Assembly (NCBI GenBank): GCA_030531305.1
Contig: JAUNNT010000001.1
Span: forward strand, 9,830-73,829
Direction: 5' to 3'
From: Akkermansia sp.
GTDB lineage: Bacteria; Verrucomicrobiota; Verrucomicrobiia; Verrucomicrobiales; Akkermansiaceae
DNA: 64,000 bases
How positions within the stretch are numbered: position 1 is the first letter of the stretch; the number at the start of each line of letters is the position of its first letter. Shown here one piece after another: positions 26,468-36,442 of the stretch. The position numbers and the translations under genes are program-made. The notes beneath the pieces were generated by a model. That model was not told the DNA's origin. It made no database searches and saw only the letters and a program-made list of their open reading frames with translations.

Positions 26468-28333
26468 CTATTCCGCTGGGGAGGCTTTGCGGTGGCGGAG
26501 GTAGTGGGTGAATTCAATGATTTCCGGCACGCGGAAAAGGTGGCAGGCGGCGGCGTAGACGGCGGCTCCGATGATGCCGCCCACGGCCATGGCCCCAAGC
26601 CGCAGGAAGAAGTTCCATTCCGTGAAGTCCCCGAAGAACAGCAGCCGGGCCGCCAGACAGACAAGCGCCAGCACCAGCCCCGCCGCGCAGATGCGCAGCA
26701 CGCCCGGTATCAGGATGCCGCAGGACATGCCGCCCAGCAGCTTCCGCAGGTAGAAGAAGTAGAACAGGAAGTTCACCGTGGTCACCACGGAGGTGGTGAG
26801 CGCCAGGTACTGCGCCGGCATGCCGAGCACCATCACGAACATGTAGTTCAGGCCGATGGAGATGGCGCACGCCACCAAGGCCAGCATGGCCGGCGCCCAC
26901 GGCTTCTCCAGCGCCAGGAAGATGGGCTGCAGCACCTTCATTCCCGCGTAGCCCAGCAGCCCCAGCGAGTAGCACGCCAGCACGGAACCCGTCAGCATCG
27001 ACGCCTCGCTGCCGAACCGCCCGCCCTGGAAGAACACGCTGGCTATCTGCACGCCCCAGACCGACAGGAACACGGCGGACGGCACCGCGAAGAGCGCCAT
27101 GAACCGCAGCGCCTTGGCCAGGTGCTCCGTTATCTCATGCTTGCCGGAGGTGAGCGTCATGCGCGAGACGGTGGGCAGCACCACCATGCCCACTGCCACG
27201 CCGAAGAGCGCTACGGGGAGCTGCCAGAGGTGGAAGCCGCAGCTCAGCGCGGTGACGGAGCCGGGCTCCAGGTACAGCGCGAAGGAGGTGTTGATGAAGA
27301 TGTTGGTTTGCGTGATGCCCGCGGCTATCATGCCGGGCACCATCAGGCACCACACCCTCTTGGAGTAGGGGTCCACAAAGTGCAGGCCGCCGCGCAGGGA
27401 GAGGCCGATGTTCCATTCCATGCGCCAGCCCAGCTTGCGCAGCTTGGGCACCTGCACCAGTATTTGCGCCACGCCGCCCAGCACCACCGCGATGGCGAAC
27501 CCGTACAGCGCCTGCGGCCCGTAGTGCGGGTCGATGATATACCCGATGGCCGCGCCGAAAATGATGGTGGTGAGGTTGAACGCCGCGCTCGCCAGGTTCG
27601 GGATGCCGAAGATGCCGAACACGTTCAGCGCGCCCATGCACAGCGCGGAGATGGACGCCAGCAGGATGTACGGCCACATGATGCGGCACAGGTCCGTGGC
27701 CAGCCCCATGAAGTTGCGCCGCTCCAGCTGCAGCGTGCCGCCGCGGGACGTGGTGCAGAGCTGCACGTGGTCGCCGGGCTTCAACTCCTCCACCAGTTTG
27801 AGGCGGATGCACGGCTTGTCGAAGCTGATGGCGCCGCAGGGCTCGCTCGTGGTGAAGCGGGCCACCTTCACGCCGTCCGCGTCCTCGCCCATGCCCTGGA
27901 ACGTGGCGGAAAACTCGTACTCGTCCGCCAGGCTGTCCTCCGGCAGCTCCAGCGGCGGCGCGGTGAGCTCCACGTTGGCGCGCTCCGGGTAGAGAGCCTG
28001 CATGAACACGCCCGCCAGCATCACGCCGATGGCCACCAGGCATATCATGAGCGAGGTGAGCTGGCTCCACACGCGGTTGGCCAGGCGCCACGCCTTCTCC
28101 GGGTTGGTCTGCTGCTCCACCTTGCTCATCACGCTGGTGAAGCTCTGGGAGAGCGCGCCCTCCGCAAACATGTCGCGCAGCATGTTTGGGATGCGGAACG
28201 CCGTCAGGTACGCGTCCAGCGCGCCCGTGGCGCCGAACAGGCGCGTGTACACAATCTCGCGCAGCAGCCCCGTGAACCGGCAGCAGAAGATGGCGGCGGT
28301 GGCTATCAGGCTCTTTTTGTGCAGCGACGACAT
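26468..28333 (-). CDS. murJ: Lipid II flippase MurJ with a ~80-aa loop insertion
   Basis: RFTGLLRE, DAYLTAFRIPNMLRDMFAEGA, RIMWPY, QLPVALFG, PTVSR motifs. Confidence 0.92.
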   Translation of the reverse strand: MSSLHKKSLIATAAIFCCRFTGLLREIVYTRLFGATGALDAYLTAFRIPNMLRDMFAEGALSQSFTSVMSKVEQQTNPEKAWRLANRVWSQLTSLMICLVAIGVMLAGVFMQALYPERANVELTAPPLELPEDSLADEYEFSATFQGMGEDADGVKVARFTTSEPCGAISFDKPCIRLKLVEELKPGDHVQLCTTSRGGTLQLERRNFMGLATDLCRIMWPYILLASISALCMGALNVFGIFGIPNLASAAFNLTTIIFGAAIGYIIDPHYGPQALYGFAIAVVLGGVAQILVQVPKLRKLGWRMEWNIGLSLRGGLHFVDPYSKRVWCLMVPGMIAAGITQTNIFINTSFALYLEPGSVTALSCGFHLWQLPVALFGVAVGMVVLPTVSRMTLTSGKHEITEHLAKALRFMALFAVPSAVFLSVWGVQIASVFFQGGRFGSEASMLTGSVLACYSLGLLGYAGMKVLQPIFLALEKPWAPAMLALVACAISIGLNYMFVMVLGMPAQYLALTTSVVTTVNFLFYFFYLRKLLGGMSCGILIPGVLRICAAGLVLALVCLAARLLFFGDFTEWNFFLRLGAMAVGGIIGAAVYAAACHLFRVPEIIEFTHYLRHRKASPAE

Positions 28334-28352
28334 GGCGGCTCTATGTCATTCT

Positions 28353-29987
28353 TCAGCGGGTCTTGTCCGGCAGGCCCTCCTTGATCTTCTTGCTCCAGGC
28401 ACGGGCTTTTGCGGTGTCGCCCATGATGTAGCGTGTGCGGGCGTACTCGCGCACGGCGTTCTTGTACAGGCGCGGTGCGGCTGCGTCCAGCTTGGTGCGC
28501 TGGGCGTCGGAAAGCTTTTCAATGGCCTCGCAAACCTGGTAGAGCGCGGCGGAGGCGGAGCCGTCCTGCTTGGCCTTGCGCAGCATGAGCGCCAAATCGT
28601 ACTTGGCCTGCAGGGCAACGCCGTTGGTGAGGTCGGGGTTGGCGGCCTCCGCCAGGTCGCGGTTGATGCGCAGCCACTTGATGGCCTGGGCGTAGTCCTC
28701 CTTGCCCGCATAATGCTCGATGAGCGCTTGCGCCACCTTGCCGCGCGCCGAGCGGTTGGCCTGCGCTATGCGCGCGTTCGCGTCCAGGAACGTCCACGTG
28801 CGCTCCAGCAGCTTCGCGCGCTCCTCCCCCTCCGTGTGGTCGATGAGGTACGCCATGGCCGTGAAGGTGCCGGAGGGGTCGGTTTCGTGCTCCATGAGCC
28901 AGCGGTAGTTCAGCGCGGCCTTTTCCTCGTCCCGCGCGGCAAGGGCGGCCTTCACGCGGACGCGGTAGAGTTCCAGCTCCATCTGGGGTGTGAGCTCTCC
29001 GTAGCTTTCCAGGAAGGCGGCGGACTGCTCCAGCGCCTGCACGCTGCCGGCGTGGTCGCCCAGGCGCGTGCGTAGCTCGCTGAGCAGGCGGTAGCACTCC
29101 GGCAGCCTGTGGTCCGGGTCGGGGAACTCCATCATCAGGCGGCGGCAGTGCAGCAGCTTTTCCTCCAGCGTTTTCAGCCCGGCGGCGTTGAGCTTCGGGT
29201 TGTCGCGCAGCGCGCCCGCCACTTCGTCCAGCATCAGGCGGGATGCGGCGGGGCAGGGCGGCCACTTGGCGTTGTCCAGGATGTTGCGGGCTTGCTGGAG
29301 CACAGGGTCTTTCACCTCGCTCACGCTGGCGCGCAGCATTTGGAGGGAGGCTGCCTCTGCGGCCAGCTCCGGAGTGTTGAGACGCGCCATGACGGCGGGG
29401 CCGTCCAGCACGGATACGATTTTCACCGCGTTGTCCTCGCGGTTGGCGGCTATGTTGGCCTCCGCCGCGCGGCGGATGGAGCGCAGCAGCAGCGGCGTCT
29501 CCGCGGGCTGTCCCAGCAGAACCTCCTGCAGGCGGCGGTCTATCTTCTGCTCCAGCTCGAAATCCTTGTGCGCGTTCGCGGCATCCGCCAAGCGGTCCAG
29601 CGTGTCCGCCGACACCACGGTCAGAATGTCCGGTATCATCTTGGCGGCCTCCGCCCAGAGGTCGTTGTCCACCAGGCGGGAAACCAGCAGGGCGCGCAGT
29701 TGGCGCTGGGTGTCGCGGTTGCCGAGCCACCCCGTGCGGGTTTGGAAGTTGTTGGCCAGCTCTAGCAGGTGCGCCTTGTCGCCGCACAGGTCGTCCAGCA
29801 GGCGGGCGAGCGTGCCGTTGGCCTCGTAGCTGCTGGCGTTGGCGGCCTGCCCGCCTTGGGCGGCGTTGTCCGATGAGCCGTTGCGGGTCATGAGCACCCA
29901 CAGCACCAGGCTGATGACAATCAGGCTGACGGCAAGCTTGGGCAGCGTGTAGTTGTTTTTGCGGGTGGGACGGAAGCGGCTGTACAT
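28353..29987 (-). CDS. Membrane-anchored TPR-like helical protein
   Basis: Single TM segment near the N-terminus; Ala/Leu-rich helical repeats; co-oriented in the lysC-murJ run. Confidence 0.7.
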   Translation of the reverse strand: MYSRFRPTRKNNYTLPKLAVSLIVISLVLWVLMTRNGSSDNAAQGGQAANASSYEANGTLARLLDDLCGDKAHLLELANNFQTRTGWLGNRDTQRQLRALLVSRLVDNDLWAEAAKMIPDILTVVSADTLDRLADAANAHKDFELEQKIDRRLQEVLLGQPAETPLLLRSIRRAAEANIAANREDNAVKIVSVLDGPAVMARLNTPELAAEAASLQMLRASVSEVKDPVLQQARNILDNAKWPPCPAASRLMLDEVAGALRDNPKLNAAGLKTLEEKLLHCRRLMMEFPDPDHRLPECYRLLSELRTRLGDHAGSVQALEQSAAFLESYGELTPQMELELYRVRVKAALAARDEEKAALNYRWLMEHETDPSGTFTAMAYLIDHTEGEERAKLLERTWTFLDANARIAQANRSARGKVAQALIEHYAGKEDYAQAIKWLRINRDLAEAANPDLTNGVALQAKYDLALMLRKAKQDGSASAALYQVCEAIEKLSDAQRTKLDAAAPRLYKNAVREYARTRYIMGDTAKARAWSKKIKEGLPDKTR

Positions 29988-30008
29988 ACGGATGAAAAGG
30001 GGAAAGGG

Positions 30009-31676
30009 TTATCTGCGGCGGCGCGCGGCGCGCCTGGCGGGCGTGCGGCGGGCGTTGGTTCGCGCGGGCTGCGCGGCGGGAGCGGGTGCCGCAGCATCCG
30101 GTGCAGGCTCGGGTGCGGTCACGTTGGGGGTGAGTTGCTGCATGCATGCGGCGATGGCCTCCTGCACCTCCAGGGCATCCTCGCCGTCGCTCGCCACGGC
30201 GGGTGCCAGGTTCTGCCAGGCCTCCAGCGACTGCTGCCAGAGCCCGGCGTCCGCCAGGGCCTTGGCGTGGCCGAAGGCTGCGGTGCGGTAGTTCCCGCTG
30301 GTGGCGGGAATGAGCGAGAGGGCCTGTGCGTAGGCGGAAGCCGCCTGTTGGGGCTTCTTCTGCGGCTCGTAGGATTGCGCGGCGAGTATCCACACGCGCG
30401 CCAGGGACTCGCGGTCGTCCTCAAACTGGTTGGTGCGCAGGTTGAGGCACTCGTTGAAGAATCGGGTGGCCTCCTCCGCGCGCTCCAGCTTCAGCAGGCA
30501 GCGGCCGGCGCCCTCCAGCGCCTGCACGCGCAGCGCGGGCTCCTGCGTGCCTTCCAGCACGCGGTTGAAGTCATCCAGGGCGGGGGTGTGCTGCTCTAGA
30601 AGGAGCTGCACCCAGCCGCGCTGGCCGTACAGGCAGGGCCAGAAGAAGTCTGTGCGCGGCACGGCACCCTCCGCCATGCCCTCAGCGCGGTTCAGCAGGC
30701 CGAGCGCTTGCAGGTGGCTGCCGCGCTCCTCCGCAAGGGCCGCCAGTTCCCGCAGCGCGAACACGCGGCACAGCGTATCCGCCGCGCTGTTGCCCAAATC
30801 CCGCTCGCCGCTGCGCAGCAGCTTCTCCGCGCGGTCGCGTTCGCCCTGCACCAACAGCACGGCCCCGCGGCACACGCGCGCGGCGGGACTCAGCGCAGTC
30901 TCGTCCTCCCCGGCGGCTTTCAGGGCTTCCGCGTAACAGCGGTCGGCGGCCGCCTGATCGCCCGTGGCGCGGTGGATGTTGCCCAGGTAGACATTGATGC
31001 TGGAAACGAGGGTGGCGGCGTCATCCCCCAGAGGGGCGGCCTCTTTGAGAATTTCCTCCAGCTGCAGCAGCAGGTCGTCGTTCCCCTTGCCGGTGGCAAT
31101 GGCGGCGGTGGCAATGCGGGAGAGCGCGTCCGCCTGCTCCGGGGTGGACTTCTCGGCGGCGAAGATGTCGCATGCGTAGCGGTAGAAGGCGGTGGCGGTG
31201 TCCGCGTGGCGGGCATCCACCATGGCGTCACCCACGCTCAGCGCGCGCCGCGCCCACACGGCATCCTTGGGCACCTTGCGGAACAGGCCTGAGAGCAGCC
31301 GCGCCGCGTGCTCTACGCGCCCGCGCTGCATCAGCGACTGCGCCAGCAGCCACTCCGCCTCCCGCCGTATCCGCTCGTCTTGAATCCAGGAGAGCGCGGC
31401 GTCCGGGTCCTGCACCATGGTTTCCAGCTGTTCGTCGCTGGCGGTGGAGGACTGCATGAAGTTGGTGAGGTTGCTGACGGCGGCCTCGTTGAGGGCCTCC
31501 GCCACCTTGCCGGAGGCTGAAGCCTCCCGGTAGCCCTGGTTGTACCCCAGGTTGAACAGGACGTACCCTGAGCCCAGCACCGCTGCGGCCAGCAGCGCGC
31601 ACGCCGCCACCTTCACCACGGGCTTGAACTCCATGCCGCGCCCCTCTTCGGGCTGCCCTGGTTCGTCCTCCGTCAC
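30009..31676 (-). CDS. Membrane-anchored tetratricopeptide repeat protein
   Basis: N-terminal TM segment; TPR-like repeats (YLGNIH...A...Y..AL, ALEGAGRCL); GTGA start/stop overlap with lysC. Confidence 0.75.
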   Translation of the reverse strand: MTEDEPGQPEEGRGMEFKPVVKVAACALLAAAVLGSGYVLFNLGYNQGYREASASGKVAEALNEAAVSNLTNFMQSSTASDEQLETMVQDPDAALSWIQDERIRREAEWLLAQSLMQRGRVEHAARLLSGLFRKVPKDAVWARRALSVGDAMVDARHADTATAFYRYACDIFAAEKSTPEQADALSRIATAAIATGKGNDDLLLQLEEILKEAAPLGDDAATLVSSINVYLGNIHRATGDQAAADRCYAEALKAAGEDETALSPAARVCRGAVLLVQGERDRAEKLLRSGERDLGNSAADTLCRVFALRELAALAEERGSHLQALGLLNRAEGMAEGAVPRTDFFWPCLYGQRGWVQLLLEQHTPALDDFNRVLEGTQEPALRVQALEGAGRCLLKLERAEEATRFFNECLNLRTNQFEDDRESLARVWILAAQSYEPQKKPQQAASAYAQALSLIPATSGNYRTAAFGHAKALADAGLWQQSLEAWQNLAPAVASDGEDALEVQEAIAACMQQLTPNVTAPEPAPDAAAPAPAAQPARTNARRTPARRAARRRR

Positions 31677-32899
31677 TCCTGCACGGTGTTGAGGTGGAAG
31701 GCATCGTGCACCACGCGGGCGGCCTGCTCGATGTCCGCCGCGGGCACGGTGGTGGTGATGCGGATTTCCGAGGTGGCGATCATGCCGGTCTCAATCCCGG
31801 CGTCCGCCAGCGCGCGGAACATGGTGGCCGCCACGCCCGAGTTGGAGCGCATGCCCACGCCCACAACGGACAGCTTGGCCAATCCCGCCTCCGTCTCCAG
31901 CTTCGCCTCCGCGCCGAACTGCGGCAGAACCTTCTGCAGCGCCGCCTGCGCCGCGCCCAGGTCGCTCATGTTCATGGTGAGCGACTGGCGGGCGTGGCCG
32001 TCGTGCGCGGTGTTGGCCACAATCATGTCCACGTTGATTTCAGCGTCGGAAAGGGCGGAGAGGATGATGGCGGTGTAGGGGACGGGCTCGCTGATGTTGG
32101 AGATGGTGAGGCGGGCCTGGTTGCGTTCAATGGAGACGCCGCGAATGACGAGGGACTCCATGGATGGTGTTTCTTCTTGCACGATAGTACCGGGGTTGTT
32201 GTTCATGGAATTGCGGACCTCGAACACCACGCCGAATTTCTTGGCGAATTCGACGGAGCGGGCCTGCATGACTTTCGAGCCGCTGGAGGCCATCTCCAGC
32301 ATCTCGTCGTAGGAGAGTACGGGCAGCTTGCGGGCGTCCTTCACCACGCGCGGATCGCATGTGTACACGCCGTCCACGTCCGTGTAGATCTGGCACAGGT
32401 CCGCCTTCACCGCCGCCGCCAGCGCAATGGCCGACAAGTCGGACCCGCCGCGACCGAGCGTGCAGATGGCGCCGTCCGCCGCGATCCCCTGGAATCCCGC
32501 GCAGATGCAGATGTAGCCCTCGTCCAGCGCGGTGGTGACGGCTGCGGGGTCGATGCGGTGAATGCGGGCGCGGGTGTGGGAACCATAGGTGAAGATGCCG
32601 GCCTGGCGCCCGGTGAAGCTGCGGGCCTTGAAGCCCATTTCCGTGATGGCCATGCCCAGCAGGGCGATGGATTGCTGTTCCCCCGTGGCCATCAGCATGT
32701 CCAGCTCGCGTGTCGGCGGGTTCTCGGAAACCTCGTGCGCCATGCCGATGAGGCGGTCCGTCACGCCGCTCATGGCGGAGACGACGGCCACCACGCGGTT
32801 GCCGGCCCGGTGTGTTTCCACGAGCCTGCGGGCGACGTTGCGGATGCGGTCGATGCTGCCGACGGACGAGCCGCCGTATTTCTGGACGATGAGTGCCAT
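31673..32899 (-). CDS. lysC: Aspartate kinase
   Basis: VQKYGGSSV, VVSAMSGVTD, TLGRGGSD, YTDVDGVYT.DPR, two ACT domains. Confidence 0.96.
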   Translation of the reverse strand: MALIVQKYGGSSVGSIDRIRNVARRLVETHRAGNRVVAVVSAMSGVTDRLIGMAHEVSENPPTRELDMLMATGEQQSIALLGMAITEMGFKARSFTGRQAGIFTYGSHTRARIHRIDPAAVTTALDEGYICICAGFQGIAADGAICTLGRGGSDLSAIALAAAVKADLCQIYTDVDGVYTCDPRVVKDARKLPVLSYDEMLEMASSGSKVMQARSVEFAKKFGVVFEVRNSMNNNPGTIVQEETPSMESLVIRGVSIERNQARLTISNISEPVPYTAIILSALSDAEINVDMIVANTAHDGHARQSLTMNMSDLGAAQAALQKVLPQFGAEAKLETEAGLAKLSVVGVGMRSNSGVAATMFRALADAGIETGMIATSEIRITTTVPAADIEQAARVVHDAFHLNTVQE

Positions 32900-32902
32900 G
32901 GG

Positions 32903-34219
32903 TTATGCTTCTTCGTTGAGGGTTTCGATGCGGAAGACGGCGGGGTGCGGCGCAATGCCCGGGCGCTCGCCCAGCTCCGCCAGCGCCCGGCACAGCCTGC
33001 CCCACGGGCATGCGTGCAGCAGGAACACCAGGTCGCACGTCTCCTCCGCGTCCTCGTGCTCGCGCGACATGGTGGCGGAGATGCCGATGTCGTACTTGGC
33101 CAGTTCCGTGGCGATGGTGGCGATGATGCCCGGGGTGTCCGACACCTGAAAGCGGACGTAGTACGGGGTGACGGTGTCCTCCAGGGGCAGGAGGGATAGC
33201 TGCTTGGTGTAGGGGTGGAAGCCGCTGTGGTACTCCGGGTGGCGGCGTTCGCGCATGGCGAGCATCACGTCGCCCAGCACGGCGCTGGCCGTGGGGTTCT
33301 TGCCTGCCCCGCGGCCGTAGAAGATGGTCTCGCCTACAATGTCGCCGTGCACCGCAATGGCGTTGAACACGCCGTACACGTTGGAGAGCATGTGGTGGCG
33401 GGAGACGAAGCTCGGCTGCACGCGCAGTTCCAGCGCGTCGCTCTCCTCGTGGTGCCGTATCACCATCAGCAGCTTGATGTTGTAGCCCAGCTCCCGCGCA
33501 AAGTGGAAATCCACCGGGGTGACGCGCTCGATGCCGTACACCGCGATGCTCTCCGGCGAGATCGGCGTGCCGTACGCCAGCATGGCCAGGATGAGCGCCT
33601 TGTGCGCGGCGTCCCACCCGTTCACGTCCAGCGTGGGGTCCGCCTCCGCGTAGCCCTTGCGCTGCGCGGCGTCCAGGGCCTCCCGGTAGGAGATGCCCTT
33701 GCGCTCCATGGAGGAGAGGATGTAGTTGCTGGTGCCGTTGATGATGCCGGTGATGCGGCGCACATGGTTGCACACCAGGGAATTCTGCAGGCTCTGGATG
33801 ATGGGGATGCCGCCGCCGCAGGACGCCTCGAAGTACAGCGGCGTGCTCGTTTCCGCGGAAAGCCGGAACAGCTCGCCGCCGTATTCAGCCAGCAGCGCCT
33901 TGTTGCCCGTCACTACAGGCTTGTGCGCGTTCAGCGCCGCCTTCACCAGCTCGTGCGCCTCGTCCGTGCCCCCTATCAACTCGATGATGATGTCGATTTC
34001 CGGGTCCTCCACCAGCTCGCGCCAGTCGTCCGTCAGCAGCGCAGGGTCGATCTCCACGTCGCGCTTGCGGTGGATGTCGCGCACCGCCACGCGCTTCACC
34101 GCGTACGGGATGCCCGTGCGCGCCTGCAGCAAATCGTTGTTGCGGCACAGGGTTTCGTACACCCCGGTGCCCACCGTGCCCAGCCCCGCCAGGCCTATCT
34201 GTAACGCTTTGGAATTCAT
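32903..34219 (-). CDS. hom: Homoserine dehydrogenase (with ACT domain)
   Basis: GLGTVG, ELIGG, VVTGNKA, FEASCGGGIP, GIINGTSNYIL, GYAEADPT.DV.G.DAAHK. Confidence 0.96.
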   Translation of the reverse strand: MNSKALQIGLAGLGTVGTGVYETLCRNNDLLQARTGIPYAVKRVAVRDIHRKRDVEIDPALLTDDWRELVEDPEIDIIIELIGGTDEAHELVKAALNAHKPVVTGNKALLAEYGGELFRLSAETSTPLYFEASCGGGIPIIQSLQNSLVCNHVRRITGIINGTSNYILSSMERKGISYREALDAAQRKGYAEADPTLDVNGWDAAHKALILAMLAYGTPISPESIAVYGIERVTPVDFHFARELGYNIKLLMVIRHHEESDALELRVQPSFVSRHHMLSNVYGVFNAIAVHGDIVGETIFYGRGAGKNPTASAVLGDVMLAMRERRHPEYHSGFHPYTKQLSLLPLEDTVTPYYVRFQVSDTPGIIATIATELAKYDIGISATMSREHEDAEETCDLVFLLHACPWGRLCRALAELGERPGIAPHPAVFRIETLNEEA

Positions 34220-34339
34220 GCGCGGGCGATATTATACACGCTTTGTCCCCACTATTCAAGACTATATTGCGCGCGTGCGCGGCGAATGTGGGTGAAACAC
34301 ACCGTTGACAAGGCTGGCGGGCAATGGTAGTATCGGCAC

Positions 34340-34834
34340 ATGCGCAAGATAGCTACGCTGATGTGCCTGTTGGGGATAGGTCTGGTCGCCACACAGTGCA
34401 AAACGACAGAACCGATAAAGGAGGAGCCGTTCGAGCCGTCCGGGACCAAGCATATTGAAATCAACCTGGCCACGCAGAACGGCGAGCTTATCCAGGGAGA
34501 TTGCGTCATTGCAGTCTTCCCCGTCTGCACCGGCACCAAGAGCAAGCCCACCCCCACAGGCGACTTTAGAATCATCGGCAAGGATCGTTATCACGAGTCC
34601 AACCTCTACCCGAACTCCCCCATGCCCTATTTCATGCGCCTGACGGGCGACGGCATCGGCATGCACCAGGGCCCCATGCGGTCGAAGCCCTCGTCGCACG
34701 GCTGCATTCGCCTACACAAGGCCACGGCGCAGTATTTGTTCAAGGAGTGCCCCATCGGCACACTCGTGAAGATTGTGCGGCGCGATCCGCCGCCCCCTCC
34801 CTCGCCGGAGGATAAGGACAAGAAGAAGCGCTAA
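34340..34834 (+). CDS. L,D-transpeptidase family (YkuD) lipoprotein
   Basis: PTPTGDF, MPYFMRL, IGMHQG, SHGCIRL catalytic motif; lipobox-like ATQC. Confidence 0.9.
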   Translation: MRKIATLMCLLGIGLVATQCKTTEPIKEEPFEPSGTKHIEINLATQNGELIQGDCVIAVFPVCTGTKSKPTPTGDFRIIGKDRYHESNLYPNSPMPYFMRLTGDGIGMHQGPMRSKPSSHGCIRLHKATAQYLFKECPIGTLVKIVRRDPPPPPSPEDKDKKKR

Positions 34835-34837
34835 GCC

Positions 34838-36442
34838 GTGCGATGCCTGTTGACAGTCCTGCTGGCCCTGGCCGTGGCGGCCTGCGGAGACGGCCGCAGC
34901 AGCGCCGAGCGCGCAGCAGAGCAGGGGATTGTCATCGTCGGCAACAACCAGGAGCCGCAGAGCCTGGACCCGCACATGGCAACCGCCGTGGCGGACGGCA
35001 AAATCATCTGCGCCATGCTGGAGGGGTTGATGCCCGCGGAACACCCCGGCATGGCGGAAACCTGGGAGCACAACGCGGACGCTTCCGTGTGGACCTTCCA
35101 CCTGCGGGACGCGCAGTGGAGCGACGGCCGCCCCGTGACCGCGCAGGACTTCGCCTACGCCTACCGCCGCCTGCTGCACCCCGATTTCGGCGGCAAGTAC
35201 GCGGAGATGCTCTACCCCATCCGCAACGCAGAAGCCTTCAACCGCGGGCAATGCAAATGGGATGACGTGGGCGTGGAGGCACTGGATGCGCGCACGCTGC
35301 GGCTGACGCTGGAGGGTCCCACACCGCACCTGCCCAAGCTGGTGCAGCACTATACGTGGTTCCCGGTGCCCGCGCACGCGGTGGAGGCGCACGGCGGCAT
35401 GCTGGACCGCCGCAGCCTGTGGACGCGTGCGGGCAACTGGGTGGGCAACGGCGCGTACGTGCTGCACGCGCACCGCTTCAATGACTACCTGGAGGTGCGC
35501 GCCAACCCGCGCTACTGGCGCGCGGACGAGGTCCGCAACCACGGCATCCGCTTCATGCCCATCGTCAACGGCTACACGGAAACACGCATGTTCTTCGACG
35601 GCAAGCTGCACATCACCAACAACGTCCCTCCGGAGCTTATCGCCATGGCCAGGGAACGGGCAGGGGAGCAGTACTGCCAGGACCCCTACTACTGCGCCAT
35701 CTTCTACCGCCTGAACACCTCGCGCCCGCCGCTGGACAACCCGCTGGTGCGCCGCGCGCTCTATCTGGCCATCGACCGCGATTCCCTGGTGAACGACGTG
35801 GTGCGCGGCGCGGGCACCCCTGCCTACACCTTCACACCTCCCGGCGCCGGGTACTCCCTGCCGCAGCCCGCGGACGCCGCCCTCACCGAGCGGCAGCGCG
35901 AACAGATGGCACGCGATTTGCTGGCGCAGGCCGGCTATCCCGGCGGCAAGGGCTTTCCGAATCTGGAAATCATGACCACCTCGCGCGACGTGCAGCGCGT
36001 GATGGCGGAAACCGTGCAGTCCATGTGGGAGAAGACGCTGGGCATCCATGTGGAGATACGCTCCTGCGAGTGGACCGCCTACAAGGCCGCCCAGCAGAAC
36101 ATGGAGTACGACATCTCGTCCTCCTCCTGGAGCGGCGACTACCTGGATCCCGCTACCTTCGTGGATCTGTGGCGCAGCGGCGGCGGCAACAACTGCACCG
36201 GATGGGGCAATGCCGCCTGTGACGCCGCATTGGCCGAGGCCCGCGCCGCCACCTCAGAGGACTCCCGAACGGACGCCCTGCAGCGCGCGGAATCCACCAT
36301 GCTGCAGGAGTTGCCAATCATCCCGCTCTACTGGAGCAGCAGAACCTATCTCAAATCCGCAGACGTGCGCGGCTGGGTACCGCGCCTGCTGGACGACCAC
36401 CCCCTGGACGCTGTGGAAGTGGGGCGTCAACCGCAGCCATGA
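34838..36442 (+). CDS. oppA: Oligopeptide ABC transporter substrate-binding lipoprotein
   Basis: Lipobox VAAC; EPQSLDPH, WTFHLRDAQWSDGRPVTAQDF, GNGAY, W.GDY.DP.TF. Confidence 0.92.
   Translation: MRCLLTVLLALAVAACGDGRSSAERAAEQGIVIVGNNQEPQSLDPHMATAVADGKIICAMLEGLMPAEHPGMAETWEHNADASVWTFHLRDAQWSDGRPVTAQDFAYAYRRLLHPDFGGKYAEMLYPIRNAEAFNRGQCKWDDVGVEALDARTLRLTLEGPTPHLPKLVQHYTWFPVPAHAVEAHGGMLDRRSLWTRAGNWVGNGAYVLHAHRFNDYLEVRANPRYWRADEVRNHGIRFMPIVNGYTETRMFFDGKLHITNNVPPELIAMARERAGEQYCQDPYYCAIFYRLNTSRPPLDNPLVRRALYLAIDRDSLVNDVVRGAGTPAYTFTPPGAGYSLPQPADAALTERQREQMARDLLAQAGYPGGKGFPNLEIMTTSRDVQRVMAETVQSMWEKTLGIHVEIRSCEWTAYKAAQQNMEYDISSSSWSGDYLDPATFVDLWRSGGGNNCTGWGNAACDAALAEARAATSEDSRTDALQRAESTMLQELPIIPLYWSSRTYLKSADVRGWVPRLLDDHPLDAVEVGRQPQP

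Noticed and set aside
24179-28384. 1401-aa plus-strand ORF
   Set aside because: Antisense to queA/gltX/murJ, which carry clear motifs; shadow ORF.
8670-34360. Amidase and L,D-transpeptidase both begin MRKIAT
   Set aside because: Six residues of a signal-peptide n-region; similarity ends immediately, so probably chance.
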